Below, one piece after another: positions 38,503 through 48,082 of a stretch of DNA of 64,000 nt. The notes under the pieces were generated by a model that worked only from the letters and a program-made list of their open reading frames with translations, was not told where the DNA came from and did no database searches. A program made the translations under genes and the position numbers. Source of the stretch: a virus; IMG/VR virus record IMGVR_UViG_3300030380_006483; one strand, 5' to 3'. Position 1 is the first letter of the stretch; each line of letters begins with the position of its first letter.

Positions 38503-39650
38503 GAAGAAAAGTTTGGTATGCCCCCCATAGACACGAATCATTTGGAGAAGCAGAAATTAAAGCAGTTGAAGAATCACTTAGAGATGGGTGGTTAGCAGGT
38601 TTTGGTCCTAAATCTGTTGAATTTGAACAAAAAATTGCCAAAGAATTTGGTAAAAAATATGGTGTTTTTGTAAATTCGGGCTCATCAGCATGTTTATTAG
38701 CAATAGCAGCATTAGATTTAGAACCCGGAAGTGAAATTATTACTCCTGCTCTTACATTTTCAACTACATTAGCTCCTATTTTACAATTAGGATATAAACC
38801 TAAATTTATAGATTCACAATTAAATACTTATGTTCCAAGTGTAGAACAAATACTTGAAGCAGTTACTAATAAAACAAAAGCTATCATGGTGCCTAATTTA
38901 ATTGGTAATAAACCAAATTGGTCTATGTTACGAACTCAATTAAATAGAATAGATAGAAACGATATTATTATAATTGAAGATTCAGCTGATACAGTTACTG
39001 AAACATTACAATCAGATGTATCAACAACAAGTTTTTATGCCTCACACGTTATTACAGCCGGTGGAATGGGTGGTATGGTAATGTTTAATGATGAAAAATA
39101 TGTTAAACGTGCTTTAATGTATAGAGATTGGGGTAGAATTGGTGATAATAGTGAAAATATGGATGAACGATTTGCACATAATGTAGATGGAATACCTTAT
39201 GATTATAAATTCTTATATGGTGTTTTAGGTTATAATATGAAATGTACTGAACATTCAGCAGCATTTGGCCTAGTTCAATTAGATAAATTCCAAACATATA
39301 AAGATATAAGACGTAAAAACATAGAACGTTATTTAGATAATTTATATAATGTTAGAGAAATACTACTACCTGATGATAGTATTAAACCAAATTGGTTAGC
39401 AATACCACTTCAAACAGAACGTAGATTAGAATTATTAACATTTTTAGAAGAACAAAATATACAAACAAGAGTTACATTTGCTGGTAACGTTACTAGACAC
39501 CCAGCATATAGAGAATATTTACAAGATTTCCCCGTTGCTGATGAAGTAATGAAGAATGGATTCTTATTAGGTGCTCATCATGGTATGAATACTGATGATG
39601 TAGATTATGTTTGTGATAAAATAAAAGAATTTTTTGGATATGATAAATAA
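38499..39650 (+). CDS. PLP-dependent sugar 3-dehydratase-like (DegT/ColD/RfbH family; His replaces Lys)
   Basis: VNSGSSA, TPALTFSTT, IEDSAD, SFYASHVIT (H at the Schiff-base Lys position), GYNMK. Confidence 0.82.
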   Translation: MRRKVWYAPHRHESFGEAEIKAVEESLRDGWLAGFGPKSVEFEQKIAKEFGKKYGVFVNSGSSACLLAIAALDLEPGSEIITPALTFSTTLAPILQLGYKPKFIDSQLNTYVPSVEQILEAVTNKTKAIMVPNLIGNKPNWSMLRTQLNRIDRNDIIIIEDSADTVTETLQSDVSTTSFYASHVITAGGMGGMVMFNDEKYVKRALMYRDWGRIGDNSENMDERFAHNVDGIPYDYKFLYGVLGYNMKCTEHSAAFGLVQLDKFQTYKDIRRKNIERYLDNLYNVREILLPDDSIKPNWLAIPLQTERRLELLTFLEEQNIQTRVTFAGNVTRHPAYREYLQDFPVADEVMKNGFLLGAHHGMNTDDVDYVCDKIKEFFGYDK

Positions 39651-40644
39651 AACAGTTTATATAACAGGTTGTTTAGGTTTTATAGGTAGTTATGTAACTA
39701 GAGCTTGTTTAAAAAAAGGTTGGTACGTAAGAGGTATTGATAAAATAACTTATGCTGCTAATGAAAATTTATTACATGAATTTAGTAAATATGATAATTT
39801 CTTTTTTGAAAAAAAAGATATTAATGATATAGATTTTTTATATGAATGTGATTATATAATTAATACTGCTGCTGAAACACATGTAGGTAATTCTATAGTT
39901 AAAAGTGAAGATTTTGTACATTCAAATATAGATGGAGTACATAATTTACTTGAATTAATTAGAAATTATAGAGCAGAAGGTAAAGCTAAACCTACGTTAT
40001 TACATTTTTCAACTGATGAAGTATACGGTGATATTACAGAAGGTGAACATATTGAAACAGATTGTTTAAAACCATCTAATCCTTACTCTGCAACTAAATC
40101 AGCTGCAGATCAATTAATAATAGGTTGGGGTCGTACTTATGATTTACCTTATATAATATTAAGACCAACTAATAATTATGGAATTGGTCAATATGTAGAA
40201 AAATTAATCCCTAAATCTACTAAATATCTTTCTTTAGGTAAAAAAATACCATTACATAATGGTGGAACTCCTATTAGAAACTGGTTACATGCTAAAGATA
40301 CAGCCGAGGCCGTTATAGTATTAATTGAAAATAATGCCCAAGATATAATAGACGATAATAATATTTACAATATTTGTGGTGGTTATGAACAAACTAATTT
40401 GGATACAGTAAATAAAATTATTAGATTATATTATCCTCAAGATACAGCTCTTGAAAGAGATTTTCCAATGTATGATAGCAACATAAATGAATATTTAGAT
40501 TTATCTTATTCTAGACAAGGCCAAGATGTTAGATATGCTTTAAATGATGATAAATTAAGAGCTTTAGGATGGGAACCAAAAACTAAATTTGATGAAGAGT
40601 TACCTGCTATAGTTGGGTATTATAAAAATAATTTTATATGGTAA
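39640..40644 (+). CDS. NDP-glucose 4,6-dehydratase (RfbB/RmlB-like)
   Basis: TGCLGFIG, AAETHV, STDEVYG, PSNPYSATK, RPTNNYG.GQ..EKLIP, RNWLH. Confidence 0.88.
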   Translation: MINKTVYITGCLGFIGSYVTRACLKKGWYVRGIDKITYAANENLLHEFSKYDNFFFEKKDINDIDFLYECDYIINTAAETHVGNSIVKSEDFVHSNIDGVHNLLELIRNYRAEGKAKPTLLHFSTDEVYGDITEGEHIETDCLKPSNPYSATKSAADQLIIGWGRTYDLPYIILRPTNNYGIGQYVEKLIPKSTKYLSLGKKIPLHNGGTPIRNWLHAKDTAEAVIVLIENNAQDIIDDNNIYNICGGYEQTNLDTVNKIIRLYYPQDTALERDFPMYDSNINEYLDLSYSRQGQDVRYALNDDKLRALGWEPKTKFDEELPAIVGYYKNNFIW

Positions 40645-42431
40645 AGAAAAAGGTTTTAGAACATTTAGTAGATTATTTAGTAGATAACCATTTTGATACA
40701 TTTTTTCTAGTTACAGGGGGGGCAATTGTACCCACTGTAGATTACATAGGTAGAAAAAAAGGAGCTACATACTACTGTTTTCAACATGAACAATCGGCCG
40801 CCATGGCAGCTGAAAGTTTTTATAGAACATCGGGAAAAATGGGTGTAGTATTAACTACAAGCGGCCCAGGTGCCCAAAATCTACTAAATGGTATTTGTGG
40901 GTGCTGGTATGAATCAGTTCCTTGTCTTTTTATCACAGGTCAAGTTAGTACTTATGAATCACTTGATTCAATTCAAACTAAACCCAGACAAGTAGGTTTT
41001 CAGGAAATGCCCGTAGCCGAATCATTTAAACATTTTACTAAATATTCTACTAAAGTTACTAAAGCTGAACTATTTAATAATATACTTAAGGAAGCTATAA
41101 CATCTAGTTTAACAGGTAGGCCTGGCCCTTCTTTAATTGATTTACCAGTTGATATTCAAAATTCAACTATAGACAATTATTCAACGGATAAATTACTTTG
41201 GTGGAAGAAAAATCCAAAAAATTACATGTATCCTCATGAATATAGAGATATTGTAGATAAAATTAAACAAAGTAAAAGACCACTTTTATTATTAGGTCAA
41301 GGAGTAAAATTAGCTGGGGGGCAAAAGGAAGCTAAAGATTTAATTGATTCATTACAAATACCTTTTGTAGTATCTTGGGGTGGTTTTGATACTATATCCC
41401 ATGATCATCCTTTATTTATAGGTGACATAGGAGTATATGGTAGTAGAGGTGGAAATTATGCTATACAAAATTGTGATTTACTACTATCAATAGGATCCAG
41501 ATTAGATACTAGACAAACTGGGGGACAATTAGAATTATTTTCTAGAGATTCATATAAAATAATGGTTGATATAGATGCTAATGAAGTTTATAAAGATAGA
41601 GGTATTAAAATTGATCTTCCAATTATTAAGGATGCCCAAGAATTTTTGGAAAGCATGCTTAGTTTTACTGAAAAAATAGAATTGGATAAAGAATGGTTAG
41701 GATATATCACTCAATGGAAAAATTTAAAAGAAAAACGTAAAACACAAGATAATATTTTAACATCCTATGAGTTTTTAGAAGAATTAGATAATCATTTACC
41801 CGGTAATAGTATTATTATACCTGATGAGGGAGGTAATTTAGTTTGGACTATGCAGTCCATTAAAATAAAAGATAAACAAAAATTATATTCTAATTTTGGA
41901 AATTCATCTATGGGATATGGTTTACCCTCAGCTATAGGAGCTTGTATGGCAAATGAGGGACCTGTAGTGTGTATTGATGGTGATGGTGGTTTTCAAATGA
42001 ATATACAAGAATTACAAACAGTTAAACATTATAATTTACCTTTAAAGATTTTTATAATGAATAATAATTGTTATGGAATTATAAAACAATTCCAAGATTC
42101 ATATTTTGATAAAAGATATATAGCAACTGAATCTCAGGATTATACTGCACCCGATTTTGTAAAGGTAGCTGAAGCTTACGGTATCAAAGCATTACGAGCT
42201 ACTAAAGAAAATTATAAGGAAGTAATTAATTTGGCAATGCATGAAGAGGGTAGTATATTAGTAGATGTTATTATAGATAAGGAACAAAAACTTATTCCAA
42301 AATTAGAATATGGAAATCCATTAGAAGATATGTCACCATATCAAACTGATGATGAAATTAAAAATAATATGATAATAGAAATGGTCCCTAGAAGAGATAA
42401 TACACAGGGATGGGTAACTTTAAATAAATAA
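40638..42431 (+). CDS. thiamine diphosphate-dependent enzyme (acetolactate synthase/YerE-like)
   Basis: HEQSAAMAA, TSGPG, ITGQV, PGPSLIDLP, GDGGFQMN..NNNCYGII. Confidence 0.9.
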   Translation: MVKKKVLEHLVDYLVDNHFDTFFLVTGGAIVPTVDYIGRKKGATYYCFQHEQSAAMAAESFYRTSGKMGVVLTTSGPGAQNLLNGICGCWYESVPCLFITGQVSTYESLDSIQTKPRQVGFQEMPVAESFKHFTKYSTKVTKAELFNNILKEAITSSLTGRPGPSLIDLPVDIQNSTIDNYSTDKLLWWKKNPKNYMYPHEYRDIVDKIKQSKRPLLLLGQGVKLAGGQKEAKDLIDSLQIPFVVSWGGFDTISHDHPLFIGDIGVYGSRGGNYAIQNCDLLLSIGSRLDTRQTGGQLELFSRDSYKIMVDIDANEVYKDRGIKIDLPIIKDAQEFLESMLSFTEKIELDKEWLGYITQWKNLKEKRKTQDNILTSYEFLEELDNHLPGNSIIIPDEGGNLVWTMQSIKIKDKQKLYSNFGNSSMGYGLPSAIGACMANEGPVVCIDGDGGFQMNIQELQTVKHYNLPLKIFIMNNNCYGIIKQFQDSYFDKRYIATESQDYTAPDFVKVAEAYGIKALRATKENYKEVINLAMHEEGSILVDVIIDKEQKLIPKLEYGNPLEDMSPYQTDDEIKNNMIIEMVPRRDNTQGWVTLNK

Positions 42432-42434
42432 AAA

Positions 42435-43370
42435 ATGGCAGCAGATAGTAAAACTAAAAAAACAATTTTAACATTAAATAAAAATAAGCAGGATGGTAAC
42501 ACATCAGTTATGGTTACTGCTTATGATTATCCACAATCTAGGATAGCAGATGGATCTGGAGTAGATTGTATATTAGTAGGTGATTCTTTAGGGATGACTA
42601 CTTTAGGACATAAAACAACAATTCCTGTTACAATGGATGATATGATTAGATCATGTGAAGCAGTAAGTAGAGGAGCAGACGACGCATTATTAATTGGAGA
42701 TATGCCATATATGTCTTATCAACCTTCAAATCAAGTAGCAGTTGAAAATGCCGGAAGATTTATTAGATCAGGTATGGATATGGTTAAAGTAGAAGGTGCA
42801 ATGACTGATAGAATTAAAGCAATTTGCGATTCAGGTATATTAGTAATGAGCCATTTAGGTTTAACTCCACATACGAGAGCTAAATTAGGTGGTTATAAAG
42901 TACAAGGTAAAACTGCAGAACAAGCTGAAGTAGTGTTAAAACAAGCTTTACAATTACAAGAAGCAGGTTGTTCAGCATTATTGTTAGAGGCAATGCCTAA
43001 AGAACCAGCAGGTATGATTGCTAGAGAATTAGACATTCCAGTATTTGGTATTGGGGCTGGTGATCAAGTAGATGGACAACTAGTTATATACCATGATTTA
43101 ATGGGATTATTTTGGGAATTTAAATCTAAATTTGTAAAAAGATATTGTGAAGCAGGGCAGATAATGTCTGATGCATTAAAAGATTATGTTAGAGAAGTAA
43201 AAGAAGGAATATTTCCTGCTCAAGAAAATTTTTATGAAATTAAAGATGAGGAATTAGAAAAGTTATTAGGTGATAAAAAATGGAAATATGAATTAGATAA
43301 CGATTACTATAATAATCGTAATCATAGTGCAACACCAATTACTCAGAAAAAGACAGTGATTAAAAGATGA
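42435..43370 (+). CDS. panB: ketopantoate hydroxymethyltransferase homolog
   Basis: TAYD, LVGDSLGM, GDMPYMSY, VKVEG, HLGLTP, LLE, GIGAG, GQLV..HD. Confidence 0.93.
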   Translation: MAADSKTKKTILTLNKNKQDGNTSVMVTAYDYPQSRIADGSGVDCILVGDSLGMTTLGHKTTIPVTMDDMIRSCEAVSRGADDALLIGDMPYMSYQPSNQVAVENAGRFIRSGMDMVKVEGAMTDRIKAICDSGILVMSHLGLTPHTRAKLGGYKVQGKTAEQAEVVLKQALQLQEAGCSALLLEAMPKEPAGMIARELDIPVFGIGAGDQVDGQLVIYHDLMGLFWEFKSKFVKRYCEAGQIMSDALKDYVREVKEGIFPAQENFYEIKDEELEKLLGDKKWKYELDNDYYNNRNHSATPITQKKTVIKR

Positions 43371-44191
43371 AAATCCTTATTACAGGTGGGAGTGGTTTTG
43401 TAGGAAGAAACATTTCAAAATTTTTGGGCCCTGACTATGACATATATACTCCTACCTCATCACAATTAGATTTTACTGATAGTAAAGAAGTAGAAAAATA
43501 TTTTCAAAATAAATTTTTTGATGTAGTAATACATTGTGCTATTACAGGTGGAAGAAGAAATGAACAAGATTCAGCCTTTACCCTTCATGAAAATCTAAAA
43601 ATGTTTTTTAATTTAATGAATAATAGAGATAGATTTGATAGATTCATTAATTTTTCTTCTGGTGCTGATTTTGATAAAACTAAACATATAAACATTAATA
43701 ATCATAATTTAGAAAAAAGTTATCCAATTCGACCTTATGATATGTCTAAAAATATAATTAGTAGAGTACTTAAAAATAGTCCTCGTTGTTATAATTTTAG
43801 AATTTATGGTGTATTTGGTATAGATGAAGCTGAGGATAGATTTGTAACTTCAAATATTAAAAGATATAAAGAACATAATCCTATAGAAATACATCAAAAT
43901 AGATATTGGGACTTTTTTTATATAAAAGATCTTGTAAATATAATTAAATATTATATTGATAATCCTAAATATGATTTAGATAATGAGATGGATCTAGTGT
44001 ATCAAGATCTTTTATCTTTAAAAGATGTAGCTAATTTAATTAATGATTTAGACTATAATAAAGTTGAAATAAAAATAGATAATAATACTAGGGATTTAGA
44101 TTATTTAGGTAATAAAAGTTATGGGGTTAATTTACCTATTGAATTAATAGGATTAAAAAAAGGATTAGAAGAGATATATAATGCATTATAA
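43367..44191 (+). CDS. NAD-dependent epimerase/dehydratase/reductase (SDR)
   Basis: ITGGSGFVG, SSGA, YDMSK, RIYGVFG, DFFY..D. Confidence 0.85.
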   Translation: MKILITGGSGFVGRNISKFLGPDYDIYTPTSSQLDFTDSKEVEKYFQNKFFDVVIHCAITGGRRNEQDSAFTLHENLKMFFNLMNNRDRFDRFINFSSGADFDKTKHININNHNLEKSYPIRPYDMSKNIISRVLKNSPRCYNFRIYGVFGIDEAEDRFVTSNIKRYKEHNPIEIHQNRYWDFFYIKDLVNIIKYYIDNPKYDLDNEMDLVYQDLLSLKDVANLINDLDYNKVEIKIDNNTRDLDYLGNKSYGVNLPIELIGLKKGLEEIYNAL

Positions 44192-45095
44192 AATTACATA
44201 TCCATGTATGCCATGGGAGCTTGACTATGCTCTCCTTTCTTTTACCCAATTTAAAAAATCTAAATATTATTTAGATGAGAAGGATACTATAGAAATAAAC
44301 CCATCATTAAATTTATCTTCATATATAGTTAATTGGGAAAAAAGTAAAATATCTAAAGATTTACTAATAAGTAGATTTAATCAATATTTAAAATTATTAG
44401 AAGGTTATAAGGTAACTCCTATTATCTATGAAGGAGATGAATTATATGGACATTTAGACCACCAAAGGGATGCTATGTCTTCTGAAGTAGACTTTTATAT
44501 TAGTGTTTGCCCAGACATGTATTTTAGTGAACATTTATTACCTTTACTAATTAATAGTTCGAAACAAATAGATACTAAATATTTTGTATTAACTCCTGAA
44601 ATATATAAAATGTGGGATAATACCTGGGATGAAATCACAAATCAGGATTATTTAGGTGTACCTTATGAGGAATGGAATAAGGGAGATATTTTTGATATAA
44701 GATCTAATATGAAAAATTCAGAAAAAGGTGTTACATTAGAAACTACTATGAGAAGTAAGTGGGCGGGTTGGTTTGATTTATTTAATAAAGAAATGTATGA
44801 AAATTTAGTACCCATACAAAAGGATTGGAATGGATATGGTCCTTGGGATTGGTATTCCTTAATGATAACTGAAGCTTGTAAAAAGAACGGAGTTGATTTT
44901 CAACAGTATATTTTAAGAGGACAAACCATATTTGAATATCCTATTGGTCCTTTATTAGATGGTGGTTATACTAAAATGTATAAGGACTTACTATATTTAA
45001 ATGAAATACCAGATCAAAGAAAAACATTTGAATTTAATATGCCACAATATGTTAGTGATGGGGTTAAAAGATTAAAAGAAAAAGGAATATTATGA
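44181..45095 (+). CDS. hypothetical, possible GT-A glycosyltransferase
   Basis: CPDMYF, GWFDLF, GYGPWD; position in glyco island. Confidence 0.45.
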   Translation: MHYKITYPCMPWELDYALLSFTQFKKSKYYLDEKDTIEINPSLNLSSYIVNWEKSKISKDLLISRFNQYLKLLEGYKVTPIIYEGDELYGHLDHQRDAMSSEVDFYISVCPDMYFSEHLLPLLINSSKQIDTKYFVLTPEIYKMWDNTWDEITNQDYLGVPYEEWNKGDIFDIRSNMKNSEKGVTLETTMRSKWAGWFDLFNKEMYENLVPIQKDWNGYGPWDWYSLMITEACKKNGVDFQQYILRGQTIFEYPIGPLLDGGYTKMYKDLLYLNEIPDQRKTFEFNMPQYVSDGVKRLKEKGIL

Positions 45096-45910
45096 AACAC
45101 CTAGTTTTAGGTTCTAGCGGTCAAATAGGAGCTCACCTTGTTAATTATTTACAAAGTAAAGGAGAACAAGTATATGAATTTGATTTAGTAAATAAAGACT
45201 ATCAAGATTTAAGAGTAATTTCTAATGCTCATTTAGACTATATTATGGATACTTGTGATATAGTTCATTTTTTAGCCTTTGATGTTGGGGGGGCTAAATA
45301 TTTAGAAAAATATCAAGATACTTATAGTTTTATTTTTAACAACATGATGATATTAACTAATACATTTGAAAAAATTAAATCATTTAAAAAACCTTTTATA
45401 TTTGCTTCATCTCAAATGGCAGAAATGGGCTATTCAAGTTACGGGATGTTAAAATCATTAGGTGAAAAAATGACCCATGATATGGGAGGAATTGTAGCTA
45501 GATTTTGGAATGTTTATGGCTATGAAACAAACCCAGAAAAATCTCATGTAATAACTGATTTTATTAAAATGGCTAAAAATGACGGGGTTATTAAAATGAG
45601 AACAGATGGTACTGAATCAAGACAATTTTTATATGCTGATGATGCTTCTGAGGCATTATTAACATTGGCTAAAAACTATGATAAAATTAATAAGAATAAA
45701 AATTATAGTATTACTAGTTTTGAATGGACTAAAATTTATGAGATAGCTAATATATTAGATGTACTATCTAGTTGTAAAGTATTTCCTGGAGATAAAAAGG
45801 ATCAAACTCAACTTAATGCTATGAATAAACCCAATGATAATATTAAAAAATATTGGCAACCTAAAACTAGTTTAGAAGAAGGAATAATGAAATTATATAA
45901 TTTATATTAA
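45092..45910 (+). CDS. NAD-dependent epimerase/dehydratase (SDR)
   Basis: LGSSGQIG, FASSQM, YGMLK, RFWNVYG, RQFLYADD. Confidence 0.85.
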   Translation: MKHLVLGSSGQIGAHLVNYLQSKGEQVYEFDLVNKDYQDLRVISNAHLDYIMDTCDIVHFLAFDVGGAKYLEKYQDTYSFIFNNMMILTNTFEKIKSFKKPFIFASSQMAEMGYSSYGMLKSLGEKMTHDMGGIVARFWNVYGYETNPEKSHVITDFIKMAKNDGVIKMRTDGTESRQFLYADDASEALLTLAKNYDKINKNKNYSITSFEWTKIYEIANILDVLSSCKVFPGDKKDQTQLNAMNKPNDNIKKYWQPKTSLEEGIMKLYNLY

Positions 45911-46596
45911 TGAAACAAGGTATTATTATACAAGGGCCAACTGAGTATTATAAAGAATTAGCAGATTATTATTCACAATTTAATAATGTTGTATGGGCTA
46001 CATGGAATGATGAATCCATTGTTAGATTAGATTATATTCGTAACAAAGGTATAGAAGTTGTACTTGTAGAAAAACCAGAAGTATTTGGTTATATGAATGT
46101 TAATATGCAAGTTAAATCATCATTTGAAGGTGCAAATTACTTGGAAGGTAAAGTTGATGAAGCATTAAAAGTTAGAAGTGATACTATAGTAACTAATTTA
46201 GATAAATTATTACCTAGATTAGAAAATAGACAATTAGCATTTATGGCTACTTGTAAAACTGGTGTTAGAAAAGATTTAGGATATGAATTGGTTTACTACC
46301 ATAATAGTCATGATTACCCAGCTGATAATGTTATATATGGAAAAATTTATGATTTAAAATTAATGTTTGATTTTCAAATACATGAATTAATACCTATACC
46401 ACCTGAGGCACTTATAGCTTGGAATTATATGACTAATAAAGGAATAAAGTTTAAATTAGATTATCAATCTATGGTGGATGGTGGAATTGGTTTCTTTTTA
46501 CAAGAATGTTTAGATGAAGGAGTTGAAGTAAATTGGTTAAAACGAGAAGCAAATTTAGTAGATTGGTATAAAGATAAAACAGTATATGACTGGTAA
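45910..46596 (+). CDS. WavE-like putative glycosyltransferase
   Basis: IIIQGP, WATW, N.NMQVKS, KVRSD, D.VIYG, PE. Confidence 0.6.
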   Translation: MKQGIIIQGPTEYYKELADYYSQFNNVVWATWNDESIVRLDYIRNKGIEVVLVEKPEVFGYMNVNMQVKSSFEGANYLEGKVDEALKVRSDTIVTNLDKLLPRLENRQLAFMATCKTGVRKDLGYELVYYHNSHDYPADNVIYGKIYDLKLMFDFQIHELIPIPPEALIAWNYMTNKGIKFKLDYQSMVDGGIGFFLQECLDEGVEVNWLKREANLVDWYKDKTVYDW

Positions 46597-47344
46597 AAAA
46601 ATAAAAGTAGCTTTATGTTTATCTGGAGAACCTAGAAATTCTATGTTTTCTTTTCCTTATATATATGAATCAATACTTTCTCTAAATAATGATTCAAATT
46701 TTGAAGTTGATACTTATATTCATTTTTCTAAAACGTTTAGAGCTTTTAATTTATATAACTCTAAAAAGTATTTATTTGAACCTTTTTTAATAGCTGATAT
46801 CATACCTTATATATTAAAACTAAAATATCCCCCTGAATTAAAATCTATATTTTCATATGATCTTTTTAACACTACTAACTCTAATAACCTTATTAATCAA
46901 GTTAGAATGTTAAAAAATGTTCAAACTTGTTTTAATTTAGCAAAATCTTATTCTAAATATGATGTCGTAATTAGATGTAGACCTGACATATATTTTAATA
47001 AAAAAATTAACTTAAAACATATTATTCAAAATATTATTATGCTTGAAAAATATGATATTTTTATTCCTAAAAAAGATACTATTGATAAAACACCACACAA
47101 TGAATATAGTGATCAGTTTGCTGTTGGTAATTTTAAAAGTATGGAAATATATTCAAATATGTTTGATAATATAGAATCTTTATTATTTGAAACTAAAAAT
47201 TTAAAAGCAGAAATTTGGTATAAAAATTATTTAGATAATAAAAATTTGAGAATACATGAAGAAATTTTAGATTCAAATTTAGTTAGAGATATACATGTTT
47301 GTAATGAAAAACGTTGTCCTGATACAAACTTTTTAAGTGAATAA
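46586..47344 (+). CDS. putative glycosyltransferase, ALCLSGEPR family, paralog 1
   Basis: KVALCLSGEPR, YIH, YDVVIRCRPD, SDQFAVG, AE. Confidence 0.6.
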   Translation: MTGKKIKVALCLSGEPRNSMFSFPYIYESILSLNNDSNFEVDTYIHFSKTFRAFNLYNSKKYLFEPFLIADIIPYILKLKYPPELKSIFSYDLFNTTNSNNLINQVRMLKNVQTCFNLAKSYSKYDVVIRCRPDIYFNKKINLKHIIQNIIMLEKYDIFIPKKDTIDKTPHNEYSDQFAVGNFKSMEIYSNMFDNIESLLFETKNLKAEIWYKNYLDNKNLRIHEEILDSNLVRDIHVCNEKRCPDTNFLSE

Positions 47345-47347
47345 ATT

Positions 47348-48082
47348 ATGAATTTAAAAATAGCTTTATGTTTATCTGGGGAACCTAGGAGTACTATGTT
47401 TTGTTATCCTTATATTTATGAAAATTTAATACAAAAATATTCTACAGACGTTTATATCCATTCTTGGAGACCTTTCAGAGCCCTAGATTTATATAATCCA
47501 ATAAAATTTTCTATTGAACCTGAAGAAGAATTTTTATCTCTTGAATATTTTAAATCATTTCCTTATCCTGATAAAATTAAAGAATTTAAAAATGAAGTAC
47601 ATGAATATAGTAAAAGTTCTAACTTATTTTTAAATTGTTTTAAAATGCTTCTTTCTATCGAAAAGTGTTTTAAATTAATTGAAAATCCTTCTAAATATGA
47701 TGTTATAATTAGGTGTAGACTTGATGTAATGTTTAGACACCCCGGATGGTTTGATAATCTATTAAAAAATATTGTAGAAAATAAAAATGATATTATTCTT
47801 CCTTGGGGAGGATTAGACCCATATCAGTATGGTGATACTTTTGCAGTAGGTAATTCAAAAAGTATGGGTTTATATTCTAAAATGATGACTAACTTACCTA
47901 CAATTGCCGAAAGTTTAGAAATTTGGCATGGTGAACATATACTAGGAAAAACTTTAGAATTCCATAAACTTAAAGTTGATGCTAATATAGGCATTCCTAT
48001 TCAAATAGTTAGACACAGTAATATAATAACGGATGGAAGTCCTTCATTTAAAACTAATAAATTTAAATTTTATAACGAATGA
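47348..48082 (+). CDS. putative glycosyltransferase, ALCLSGEPR family, paralog 2
   Basis: KIALCLSGEPR, YIHSW, YDVIIRCRLD, GDTFAVG, GE. Confidence 0.6.
   Translation: MNLKIALCLSGEPRSTMFCYPYIYENLIQKYSTDVYIHSWRPFRALDLYNPIKFSIEPEEEFLSLEYFKSFPYPDKIKEFKNEVHEYSKSSNLFLNCFKMLLSIEKCFKLIENPSKYDVIIRCRLDVMFRHPGWFDNLLKNIVENKNDIILPWGGLDPYQYGDTFAVGNSKSMGLYSKMMTNLPTIAESLEIWHGEHILGKTLEFHKLKVDANIGIPIQIVRHSNIITDGSPSFKTNKFKFYNE

Noticed and set aside
40638-43370. Pantothenate/branched-chain amino-acid auxiliary pathway (ilvB + panB)
   Set aside because: Not excluded, but no ilvC/ilvD/panC/panE in the window and both genes are embedded in NDP-sugar genes, so a sugar role is preferred
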